DNA of 40,262 nucleotides from a bacterium (GTDB lineage: Bacteria; Zhuqueibacterota; Zhuqueibacteria; Oceanimicrobiales; Oceanimicrobiaceae). A model generated the notes under the pieces. It did no database searches. It worked only from the letters and a program-made list of their open reading frames with translations, and was not told the DNA's origin. Shown here in pieces: positions 28,514 through 36,814 of this stretch. Each line of letters opens with the position of its first letter. Position 1 is the stretch's first letter. The stretch covers positions 1-40,262 of the forward strand of contig JBBIIG010000038.1 of assembly GCA_037446635.1 (NCBI GenBank). Direction: 5' to 3'. The translations under genes and the position numbers were made by a program.

Positions 28514-28629
28514 TGGAGTGTTGCGTTGGATTAATGGATCGATGGATCAATGGATTATGGTTGTACGGGAGACACACGTCTGCCCTCTGCCGTTTCACAT
28601 CTCACGTTTCACGTCTCACGGAGTAAGAA

Positions 28630-29061
28630 ATGACGAAAGGCGGTCTCATCATCCGGCTCATTGACGTGGCGATGATCATCCTGTTCGGATTCATTGCCAT
28701 TAGCGATTTGAAAGTGCGGGCGCAAATTAAACTGCCAGCGCCGCAGGAGGAGCAGCCGCAGCCACAGCGCGATCCGGTTCTCCTCTCGCTGCGCATCGCG
28801 GCCGATGGCCTGGTATCAATTTTTGAAGGCGAGAATGTTTTGATCAAAACCGCGACGTTTCGAGAAGTCGAAGATTTTCTAAAAACGCGCTTTGAGCAGA
28901 TTCGTTCACAGGGTGATGAGATGATCGTGCTTATCGAGCCGCACGGCGACTCCCCCATCCAGCAAACCGTCGATGTGCTGGATATCTGCGAGCGGCATCA
29001 AATTCCCAAGAGTCTAAATTATGACAGCCGAGTCCCCCCAGATGATGGGGTAATGGAGTGA
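28630..29061 (+). CDS. exbD: ExbD/TolR family protein, second paralog
   Basis: LIDVAMIILFGF; IKLP; V.VLD. Confidence 0.9.
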   Translation: MTKGGLIIRLIDVAMIILFGFIAISDLKVRAQIKLPAPQEEQPQPQRDPVLLSLRIAADGLVSIFEGENVLIKTATFREVEDFLKTRFEQIRSQGDEMIVLIEPHGDSPIQQTVDVLDICERHQIPKSLNYDSRVPPDDGVME

Positions 29062-29149
29062 TGGGGTGATGGAGTATGAATCCAATGCTCCATTACTCCA
29101 ACGAAAACCGGTTGGCCTGAACAAAATTGAAATTTAATCAATCGAACCC

Positions 29150-30196
29150 ATGTACATACTGCACGCCCATCGCTCCAACACCGACAAACTCGTCGCCAGT
29201 TTTGTGACAACGTTTTTTCTCATCGCGCTCTATTTTTTCCTGCGCGCTGCCGGCCTGCCAGAAGTGAAACTGAAAACCGAAACCTACGACGAAATCAACT
29301 GGACGCGCTTCAAACCGAAACCGCAAAAAATCGTCGATGAACCCAAGCAAGCGACGCAGCCGAAGTCCCCAAAAATCGAGCGGCCGCAGCCCCAACCTGC
29401 GCCGGTTGCAAAGGTTGATTTGAGTTCATTGAAAAACAGTAAGCTCGAAACTCTGACTGGTCCGCGTGACCATCTGCAACCGAACAAAATATCGCAGCCG
29501 GGGCCGGCCTCGAAACAGGAAGTAAAAATCGATCTGAAAAACAGCAGCGTGCTCTCCGGCAGCCAATCGCTGTTTGGCGATTCAGCAACAAAGTTGCGGC
29601 TGCCGAATCAGCGCGCCAGTCGCGGCGGGCAGAACAACTCAACTTCGTTGACGGTGGGAACGAGCACAGCACTGAATGAATCCGGAAAAACCGATTACGG
29701 CGGCGGCCCCCATCTCAGCGCACCGGCTGGAAAAAAGGTGCAGCGGGGTGCGGCACCCATCGCCATGAAAGACCTGGCGGATTTCGGCGACGGCTATTCC
29801 GACCTTTCCCCCATCTACCACGAGCTCATCGAATGGATGAAACGGAATCCCGCGGCGTTTCCGGCAGTGGTCAAGCGTTTCATGGAGCACTCCCCCGGCG
29901 ATTTAACCTCCATCGTTCCTTTCCAAATTGGCGGCCGCCAGTTTCAAATGTTTTTGCTGTGCAAAGAGAAGCTGTTCGAGGTGCGCATCTGTTTGTTGGA
30001 AGACAGTGAATCCACTTATTTGATTGACCGCGGCTTTAAAGAGAAGAGCAGCTTTTTGAGAGTAGGCGGCGTCAACCTGGACGGACGCGGCAACATTCTC
30101 TCATTCGAAACGGTGCGCGAAGCCGCCTCCAACTCGCGCACCCGGGAGTTTTATCAGATTTTTCTGTCGTGGTGGGAAAGTGTGAAGAGCCAGTAG
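29150..30196 (+). CDS. Bitopic membrane protein with Pro/Lys/Gln-rich linker (TonB/TolA-like architecture) and unrecognised C-domain
   Basis: N-terminal TM; KPKPQK..PKSPK..RPQPQPAP; directly after exbBDD. Confidence 0.7.
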   Translation: MYILHAHRSNTDKLVASFVTTFFLIALYFFLRAAGLPEVKLKTETYDEINWTRFKPKPQKIVDEPKQATQPKSPKIERPQPQPAPVAKVDLSSLKNSKLETLTGPRDHLQPNKISQPGPASKQEVKIDLKNSSVLSGSQSLFGDSATKLRLPNQRASRGGQNNSTSLTVGTSTALNESGKTDYGGGPHLSAPAGKKVQRGAAPIAMKDLADFGDGYSDLSPIYHELIEWMKRNPAAFPAVVKRFMEHSPGDLTSIVPFQIGGRQFQMFLLCKEKLFEVRICLLEDSESTYLIDRGFKEKSSFLRVGGVNLDGRGNILSFETVREAASNSRTREFYQIFLSWWESVKSQ

Positions 30197-30385
30197 GCAG
30201 TAAACAAAAAGTCCCCTTTGAAGGGGGATTTTCCGCCAAAGCGGATCCGCTTCGCGGAAGGGGGATGTCATAATAGGCAGTTTGCGGTTACCAGTCGCCA
30301 GTACGCAGTAGGCAATTCACAATTATCAATTGTGAATGGTGAATTATTAATTGTGAATGGTGAATTTTGAATGCAAGGAGTACTG

Positions 30386-31936
30386 ATGTTCAAAAAGTTA
30401 ATTCCATATAGCCTGATCGGCCTGACAATCCTCTCCGCTTGCGCCGGCAACTTAACTACTTCCAAAAATAAAACTCGTCCGCTGATGGTGCCGGCAGGAG
30501 TGGATTCTGCGGTGGCGGCGCGCGCAGATAGCATGGCAGACAATCTATTCGTCTCCATTGATCGCGAGCAGCGATCTGAAACTCACAAACGAATTGGCAA
30601 AAAGAGCGCTGCCCAAAGCGACACGTTGTGGAAGTATCTCGCCGGCGAGCTCGATCCTTCGTTTAGAGTTTCGGGAGCAGATTCTCTGGCATCCATCGAA
30701 GCGTTTAACGCTGGCGCAAAAAACTTGCAAGCGTTGGCGCAGTTAGAGAGCCGTGATCGCAAGGACAGCGCGCCGAACAACTATAAGATGGCAGTGCAAA
30801 AATTATTGGAAGAAGCCAGGGCTAATTTTGAGCGCGCGCTGGTGTTGAACCCGTTCGATCTCGAAACCAAAAGCTGGTTGGCGCAGGTGTACCAGAGCTT
30901 GGCGGTACGCTTCCTCGACGAAAGCAATCACAAACAGGCGGTGAACATTCTCGAAAATTTAGTGCAATTGGAAAAAGGCGAGCACAGCCTCTTTGCCCGG
31001 CTCGCAGAAAGTTATTACGCGCTGGAAAATTGGGAAGCGGCGCACGACAATTTTGTGCGCGCTGAATCAACGCTGCTGCAAGCCGCCGGCCTCGATTTCA
31101 ATTTAGAAAACAATTCAGAAGCGGCGTCCAATAATCCGGCGCTGTTTTACTACGTTTACTACCAGGGCGACACCGAGATCAAATTGCACGACGCGCCGCG
31201 CGGTATTCAGAATTTGCAGCGCGCGCTCGCGTACGCCTCCACCGAAAAAGAGCGCGCGGACATTCAAAGTTATCTCGATTGGATCAACTGGGACGACGGC
31301 AACGTGCAGGCGGTGGAGCAGCGCGATCAAATTTTAGCGCTGCAGGAACAGGGAAGGTACCACGAGGCCGCGCGCGGATTTTTGAAACTGATTCCGCAAT
31401 TGCGGACGCGGCGCGCCATCGATGAAATCGCCTGGCGGCTGGCGGCGCTGGAGTTCCAATTTCTCGATCGCAAAAACGAGGGCATCGAGCGGCTCAAGCC
31501 CATCGTGCACCTGGCCGAAAAAGACGCCAGCGGCGCGCCCGTCGATTCCACCTACAAAAAATATTTCAATAGTTACGGGATAATGTGCCACAACTTAGGA
31601 TTGGAGCATCACAACAAAAACCGCAAGTTTGCGTTCACCTATTTTCAACAAGCTGTGGAAGTCGCTTGGGAAAAGCGCGCCAAAAGTTTTCTGGAGCTGG
31701 CCAAACTCTCACGCAACCAGCCCCAAATGGCGATCGAAAATTGCCGACAGGCATTGAACGCTCCGGAGCAGCTCGATCTGAATGAACAGATGCAGGCTTA
31801 CCAGCTCATGGTGGAAGCATTGAAACGCACAGGCCAATTCAATGAGGCGAGGAGGTATTACACCGAATGGGTGAATTTGAAGAAAACAAGTTCCCCCTCC
31901 TTAACAAGGAGGGGGTTAGGGGGTGGTTCAGAATGA
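30386..31936 (+). CDS. TPR-repeat lipoprotein
   Basis: AAGGAG RBS before ATG 30386; lipobox LSAC; TPR-like helices. Confidence 0.85.
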   Translation: MFKKLIPYSLIGLTILSACAGNLTTSKNKTRPLMVPAGVDSAVAARADSMADNLFVSIDREQRSETHKRIGKKSAAQSDTLWKYLAGELDPSFRVSGADSLASIEAFNAGAKNLQALAQLESRDRKDSAPNNYKMAVQKLLEEARANFERALVLNPFDLETKSWLAQVYQSLAVRFLDESNHKQAVNILENLVQLEKGEHSLFARLAESYYALENWEAAHDNFVRAESTLLQAAGLDFNLENNSEAASNNPALFYYVYYQGDTEIKLHDAPRGIQNLQRALAYASTEKERADIQSYLDWINWDDGNVQAVEQRDQILALQEQGRYHEAARGFLKLIPQLRTRRAIDEIAWRLAALEFQFLDRKNEGIERLKPIVHLAEKDASGAPVDSTYKKYFNSYGIMCHNLGLEHHNKNRKFAFTYFQQAVEVAWEKRAKSFLELAKLSRNQPQMAIENCRQALNAPEQLDLNEQMQAYQLMVEALKRTGQFNEARRYYTEWVNLKKTSSPSLTRRGLGGGSE

Positions 31937-32634
31937 AAATCAAATTCATGCTATTAATCGCAAGCTCCATCTGCGCCATTTTCATTCTCTCGCTCAACTT
32001 GTTTTCGCAAGAAGGCAACAAAATCACCGTCGATAAAATCTCCGTGCCGGTGGTGACCATCACCGACAAAGAGTTGATCGATTTTTTCATGTTCGAGTTT
32101 TTTGTCGCCGAGACGCTGGTGACCCGGCTCGACATCATCGACGCTACAGGCAACGGCTTCGGCGAAGATGACCTCGTGAAAACTTATCCCTCCGAAGCCA
32201 TCTATTTTCCGGTACCTTCGGACAGCGCCCAAAAAATCATGAATAGCTGGCAGTTCAAAGCCAATTTTCAGATTGTCACCGAACACCGATCACCTGAAGA
32301 TTTTGAAAACGACTCCACCCAAAGCGCGCCTAATGGAATCTTTGCCGGCATCCTCCGCGGCGTCAACCGCAACTACAAAGACCAGCCGATGAAAATCCTG
32401 TTCGAGCGCGACGAAAAAGGCGTGACCTTTGAGATGTGGGGCTACAATCCCACCGCCCTCAACTACACGCCGCCGCCACCACCGGTTCCCGACTCGGTGG
32501 TGACCTACGATCTTTTGCGCGTTTTCCGCGCCGATACGCTGATGAAAGCCGATACCAAATTGTACGATCTGATTTATGTTTACAAAACGGTGAGCGATAC
32601 GGTGTATTTTGAGGGTGGGGTGAAGGTGGAGTAG
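31933..32634 (+). CDS. Hypothetical exported protein
   Basis: ATGA overlap with upstream stop; signal peptide; poly-Pro stretch. Confidence 0.8.
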   Translation: MKIKFMLLIASSICAIFILSLNLFSQEGNKITVDKISVPVVTITDKELIDFFMFEFFVAETLVTRLDIIDATGNGFGEDDLVKTYPSEAIYFPVPSDSAQKIMNSWQFKANFQIVTEHRSPEDFENDSTQSAPNGIFAGILRGVNRNYKDQPMKILFERDEKGVTFEMWGYNPTALNYTPPPPPVPDSVVTYDLLRVFRADTLMKADTKLYDLIYVYKTVSDTVYFEGGVKVE

Positions 32635-32824
32635 GTCAAGAAGTTCAAATTTATTTGCCCGATTTGTTCAAAATGATTTTGATAAATTTGAAAGAGACCA
32701 ACTTTAGCATGAAATGATAAAATAAAAGGGATCCACCCGAACCGACCGTGCGTATGGTTGGTTTTAAACGAAACAATGCGCGGGTCGAAAGGGATGTTAA
32801 AGATGAGTCAGTACGAATTGCCCA

Positions 32825-32941
32825 TCAGTACGGCGGCCCCTGCGAATTTGTCCGGAGCAAACACCGTCTCAGACGGTGTTTGCTCAACCTCCCGCATGTT
32901 CCCCGCCAAAAACATGCGGTAACAATTTTTGGCGGGAGCCC
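32825..32941. repeat. Composite repeat A/B, copy 1
   Basis: 14-bp perfect hairpin 32855-32885 plus nested CTCCCGCATG...GCGGGAGCCC; homolog at 33651-33800. Confidence 0.85.
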
Positions 32942-32961
32942 ATCGGTGGATGAATGACCGA

Positions 32962-33252
32962 CTAAGAAGCCACAGCATCAAGCACAGCTTGTGGATGTCG
33001 GGCTGCGACGCGCAACAGAACTTTTGCAGGACCATCGGGTTGACGTCTTCCCTGCTCCCAGTTTCTCAAAGTCGCCACGCTGATGCCAAGCAGCTTGGCA
33101 AATTTGTCCTGCGACAATCCATATTTTTTCCGGATGGCGACAACATCAATGGGCTCGAAGTGGAATTCGCGGCTGGGTTTCATTTCGCCGCGCCGAATTG
33201 CGCCGCCCTGTTTGACGCTTTCCAAAAGTTCGTTGAACAACTCTTTTTTCAT
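32962..33252 (-). CDS. higA: HigA-like HTH antitoxin
   Basis: LSQDKFAKLLGISVATLRNWEQGRRQPDGPA. Confidence 0.9.
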   Translation of the reverse strand: MKKELFNELLESVKQGGAIRRGEMKPSREFHFEPIDVVAIRKKYGLSQDKFAKLLGISVATLRNWEQGRRQPDGPAKVLLRVAARHPQAVLDAVAS

Positions 33253-33566
33253 TTGAGTTCGCTCTCCACGAGTTTTCTTAAGGTTTTCAATTGTTCAGGG
33301 GTTAAATCATCCTGTTCATTTTTAGAATAGACCAATAGCATGAGAATTATTTCATCGTCGCGGAACCAGTAGTAAATCACTCGTACGCCGCCGCGTTTTC
33401 CTCTTCCAGAACCTGCCCATCTCAATTTTCGAATTCCGCCGCTGCCTCGGATAACCTTCCCTGCTTCTGGATCAGTGATGAGAGAATTTTGCAACTCCCG
33501 ATATTCTTCATCCGACAGCAGAGATTTCAGCCGCCGAGTGAAGATGGGCGTTTCGATAATTCTCAT
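33249..33566 (-). CDS. higB: HigB/RelE family toxin
   Basis: IETPIF...GSGGIRKLRW...GKRGGVRVIYY...YSKNEQDDL. Confidence 0.93.
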   Translation of the reverse strand: MRIIETPIFTRRLKSLLSDEEYRELQNSLITDPEAGKVIRGSGGIRKLRWAGSGRGKRGGVRVIYYWFRDDEIILMLLVYSKNEQDDLTPEQLKTLRKLVESELK

Positions 33567-33571
33567 GGGCT

Positions 33572-33600
33572 AATATACGCCAATGACGCACCAAAGTCAA
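33572..33600 (-). promoter_or_regulatory. Sigma70 promoter of higBA, likely leaderless
   Basis: TTGACT-17-TATATT, then 5 nt to ATG. Confidence 0.7.
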
Positions 33601-33650
33601 ACAAAAGCTTTCAGCCATCAGCGGTCAGCTTTCAGCTTGTTTCATCGATA

Positions 33651-33800
33651 TCGGTACTGCGGCCCCTGCGGATTGGTTCGGCTCAAACACCGTCTCAGAC
33701 GGTGTTTGAGCGGCAATTCTCAACACCTGCTAATGCCAACGCTGTCGCTCCCGTATGTTGCCCGCCAAAACACGCGGGGACAAGTTTTGAAGGGAGCCCA
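33651..33800. repeat. Composite repeat A/B, copy 2
   Basis: Hairpin GCTCAAACACCGTC-TCA-GACGGTGTTTGAGC at 33681-33711. Confidence 0.85.
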
Positions 33801-33842
33801 TGGGCCGCCGCAGATGGATGCGGCACTCAAACAAACAAGTAC

Positions 33843-33871
33843 TTGATAATTACTCAAATTGTATGTACATT
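33843..33871 (+). promoter_or_regulatory. Sigma70 promoter of brnTA, likely leaderless
   Basis: TTGATA-17-TACATT, then 7 nt to ATG 33879. Confidence 0.65.
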
Positions 33872-33878
33872 GAAACCA

Positions 33879-34148
33879 ATGCAATATGAATGGGACGAAG
33901 CCAAACGAGCCGCCAACTTTGCCCGACACGGTGTCGATTTCGCAGCCGCCGAGGACTTTGAGTGGGACACGGCCCTGGCAACCCGCGACACTCGCCTTGA
34001 TTACGGGGAAGAACGATGGGTTGCTCTGGGGTATATCGGCAAGCGGCTGCATGTATTGGTTTATACTCTTCGTGCCGAAACCATTCGCATCATAAGCTTG
34101 CGCAAAGCAAACAAACGTGAGAAGAATTATTATGAAACGCAAACCTAA
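33879..34148 (+). CDS. brnT: BrnT family toxin
   Basis: MQYEWDEAKRAANFARHGVDF...YGEERW..G...IRIISLRKANKRE. Confidence 0.93.
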   Translation: MQYEWDEAKRAANFARHGVDFAAAEDFEWDTALATRDTRLDYGEERWVALGYIGKRLHVLVYTLRAETIRIISLRKANKREKNYYETQT

Positions 34149-34404
34149 AAACATCGCCGAAAAAGATTGGGATGCTGTTGACTCTCCGGCTCTGTCCGAC
34201 GAAATCCTATCCCGGATGAAGCCGGTAAAGGATATTCATTCCGATATTCCGGCGCGAGTGCGTGGCCCGCAGAAAACCCCACTGAAAGTGCCGGTATCGA
34301 TCCGGTTAAGCGCGGAGGTGGTCGAGTTTTTTAAATCTCAGGGCAAGGGATGGCAGACTAAAATCAACAATATCCTCCATGAGTATATGAGAACGCACAA
34401 CTGA
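34132..34404 (+). CDS. brnA: BrnA antitoxin
   Basis: RGPQKTPLKVPVSIRLSAEVVEFFKSQGKGWQTKIN. Confidence 0.93.
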   Translation: MKRKPKNIAEKDWDAVDSPALSDEILSRMKPVKDIHSDIPARVRGPQKTPLKVPVSIRLSAEVVEFFKSQGKGWQTKINNILHEYMRTHN

Positions 34405-34459
34405 GTGCTTATAGTTGAGCGGTTTTCAACTCCCGCGTGTTCCCGCCAAAAATACGCGG

Positions 34460-34567
34460 TCACTTCGATACGGAAATCAACTACAGCAGCAGTACCCTTG
34501 TGTTGAAGCCATTTCATGTTTCGTAGCCTACCAATGTAAAAGCTGATTGCTGAACGCTGAAAGCTGA
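34460..34567 (+). pseudogene. Orphan duplicate of the 3' end and downstream flank of the aspartic protease gene
   Basis: Nearly identical to 35950-36058 (HFDTEINYS..TLVLKP.H.S*). Confidence 0.85.
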
Positions 34568-34614
34568 CAGCTTAAAAATGAAAAAGCCGCAATCGCGGCA
34601 ATTTATGCTTTTCG

Positions 34615-34815
34615 TTACTGCTCACTCTCGATACTTTTCAAAACCTGCTTCACTATTTTGGGATGGAGAGTTTTGCCCTTATGAAAAGGAACTACTATTC
34701 TCTTGTTGCCCTTCGAATAAATCCGATGACTTCCCTTTCCCCGGATCAATTTAAATCCATTCTGCTGGAGTAATTGCTCAGCCTCTTGTGGCGTGAGTCG
34801 TGGCAGCTTAGCCAA
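34615..34815 (-). CDS. hicA: HicA toxin
   Basis: GF..IRGKGSH...VVPFH..KTL. Confidence 0.93.
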   Translation of the reverse strand: MAKLPRLTPQEAEQLLQQNGFKLIRGKGSHRIYSKGNKRIVVPFHKGKTLHPKIVKQVLKSIESEQ

Positions 34816-35032
34816 CTTGAACCTCTAAAGAGGTTGTCAGAATCTCTTTGCTCAAAAAAGCTTTAACTTCATCTTCGGACAAAGTCTCGACATACAACTC
34901 GATCGCTTCTTTGATATTGGCCAAGATTTCCTCTAGAGAATCCCCTTGCGTTTGACAACCATCCAGTTCCGGGCAGTACGCGTAGTAACCGTGTTCGTCT
35001 TTTTCGATAACCACGTTGACTTTGTATGACAT
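34808..35032 (-). CDS. hicB: Short HicB antitoxin
   Basis: YYAYCPELDGCQTQGDSLEE..ANIKEAIELY; AGGAG RBS; TTGAAA-17-TACATT promoter at 35089-35061. Confidence 0.92.
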   Translation of the reverse strand: MSYKVNVVIEKDEHGYYAYCPELDGCQTQGDSLEEILANIKEAIELYVETLSEDEVKAFLSKEILTTSLEVQVG

Positions 35033-35151
35033 CTTTGCTCTCCTGTGTGCTATTGAAGGCAATGTATCAAACGGTCAAAAAATTTTCAAGGAAATTTTTT
35101 GACAAAGCTTTCAGCCCCATGTAATGAGTGAGGCGTGGCAAGTAGGCACCT

Positions 35152-35312
35152 CGCCCGCTGGGGATTTAAGCCCGCGTGCTCGGCCCGCCAACCCCGAAGC
35201 ATCGGGGCCAGCGGAACCTCCCTCTGACCCCCTCCTTGTCAAGGAGGGGGAAGGGGGTGGTCTTGTACCGCGCGGGATTACTTGATGAGCGCGGCAAGGA
35301 GCGGCAAATCCC
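35152..35312. repeat. Composite repeat C, copy 1
   Basis: Shares blocks with 36815-36950 and 37059-37247. Confidence 0.8.
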
Positions 35313-35396
35313 ACTGGGGTAAGAAACTTATAAAAACCACTTTGATTTCATGACAAAATTGCTTACCTTAATTCGCCAAATCATGGGAGGCAGATC

Positions 35397-35618
35397 ATGG
35401 AACGGCTTGAAGTACATGAAATTCAAAAGAAATATCCTGACGAGTGGGTGCTGATAATCGAGCCAGAAACTGATGAGCTGCTTCATATTCGCAGCGGAAT
35501 CGTAGTTATGCACAGCCCGAAACGTCGCGAAATCTACGCAAAACTTCAAAAATACCCTGAACGTCGCGCCATCTATTACACCGGTGATCTCAGCAAGCAC
35601 AAGCTATACGCGTTATGA
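35397..35618 (+). CDS. Small DUF5678-like protein
   Basis: EIQKKYPDEWVLI...G.VV.HSP.R...YYTG; GGAGG RBS; ATGA-coupled to the protease. Confidence 0.75.
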   Translation: MERLEVHEIQKKYPDEWVLIIEPETDELLHIRSGIVVMHSPKRREIYAKLQKYPERRAIYYTGDLSKHKLYAL

Positions 35619-36016
35619 GAACGTCGGCTAAATTTGACCTGTTCGAAACTATCATCTATGTTGGCGCAGAAATTCATGGACCCCAAGGCTCAATCATTGC
35701 GTCGTTGGCGCTTGACACGGGCGCTTCCAACACGATTGTGAACTCCGACATTATTCGCGCCGTGGGATATGATCCCGCGAGCGGCACAGAAGTTCGTATC
35801 GTAACAGGCAGCGCGACCCCCACCGCCCGTGAGTTGGTGGTAGAGAAACTCGATGCCATTGGTCAATCTGTGCATGATTTATGCGTGGTTTGTTATGATC
35901 TTCCCGAAGAGAGCGGTCTGGATGGTCTCCTTGGTTTGAACTTCTTGCGTCACTTCGATACGGAAATCAACTACAGCAACGGTACCCTTGTGTTGAAGCC
36001 ATTGCATATTTCGTAG
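35615..36016 (+). CDS. Retropepsin-like (clan AA) aspartic protease
   Basis: LALDTGAS catalytic motif and DGLLGLNFL. Confidence 0.9.
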   Translation: MRTSAKFDLFETIIYVGAEIHGPQGSIIASLALDTGASNTIVNSDIIRAVGYDPASGTEVRIVTGSATPTARELVVEKLDAIGQSVHDLCVVCYDLPEESGLDGLLGLNFLRHFDTEINYSNGTLVLKPLHIS

Positions 36017-36059
36017 CCTACCCAGTAAAAAAGCTGATAGCTGAGCGCTGAAAGCTGAT

Positions 36060-36422
36060 TTACTTTAAAGCCAGACTGACTTTGATGATGCCGTCGATCT
36101 TATCCATTGCGGATGCAGGTAATGAACCGAGCTTTCTTGTTATCAAAGCTTTTGGGAGCGTAAGGATGTTTTCAGCCTGAACGACCGAATCCTTATCCAA
36201 ACCAGCTTTCTTACCAAGTTTGGTATTCGCCGCAATTTTGTAATGAGTTGGATACCTCTTTTGTGGGATCACACTTGAAATGGAAAGAACGATTGTGTTG
36301 AGACTATAGCGATTGCCAACGTCATTCTGAATGACTAAAGCCGGACGAGTTTTGGATTGCGTGGGATCTTGAATGAAAGGGAAGTTGACCAGTACGACAT
36401 CACCTCTATGAATTTGAGCCAT
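36060..36422 (-). CDS. mazF: MazF/PemK toxin
   Basis: RGDVVLVNFP...KTRPALVIQNDVGN...GLDKDS. Confidence 0.93.
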   Translation of the reverse strand: MAQIHRGDVVLVNFPFIQDPTQSKTRPALVIQNDVGNRYSLNTIVLSISSVIPQKRYPTHYKIAANTKLGKKAGLDKDSVVQAENILTLPKALITRKLGSLPASAMDKIDGIIKVSLALK

Positions 36423-36681
36423 CGTGATTATCACTCTCATTGTCTAAAGCCATCACTTGAGCAGCCAGCGCGTCCTCAATAATCTTGGCGTTTTCTTTAT
36501 TCATCGCTCTATAACCTTCGGCTAAGAGCTCATCGGAATAAGCTGCTTGCGATTCTAAGTTTTGGAGACTATTAACCAATAGCTCCTTAATCAGCCGCTT
36601 CATCGGTTTCGAGTTTCTTGCAGACGCTCTCTCTAATTTTTGATGAAGTTCATTTTCAAGAGTGATTTCGATTTTTTTCAT
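36406..36681 (-). CDS. Putative ribbon-helix-helix antitoxin
   Basis: MKKIEITL N-terminus; LAEGYRAM motif; overlaps mazF; TTGACT-17-TATATT at 36767-36739. Confidence 0.8.
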   Translation of the reverse strand: MKKIEITLENELHQKLERASARNSKPMKRLIKELLVNSLQNLESQAAYSDELLAEGYRAMNKENAKIIEDALAAQVMALDNESDNHDGSNS

Positions 36682-36814
36682 TTCTACGCCTCGACGAATT
36701 TTGAAGAATCGTGAAAAACAGTCCTGTCAACTTGCTGGAATATAACGAGCCACTCAAAATTAGTCAAATGAAATTTTTCGTCACACGTCACACCAGATTC
36801 CACTGCAGGCGCAT

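Noticed and set aside
33489..33878. 130-aa N-terminal extension of BrnT in the ORF track
   Set aside because: It crosses higB and repeat DNA; the promoter and family start (MQYEWD) indicate ATG 33879
34460..36058. DGR template/variable repeat pair, given the Avd-related four-helix protein in the window
   Set aside because: Mismatches are not confined to adenines of one copy (G/A, A/G, T/G, G/A), there is no reverse transcriptase, and the target is not a CLec or Ig protein
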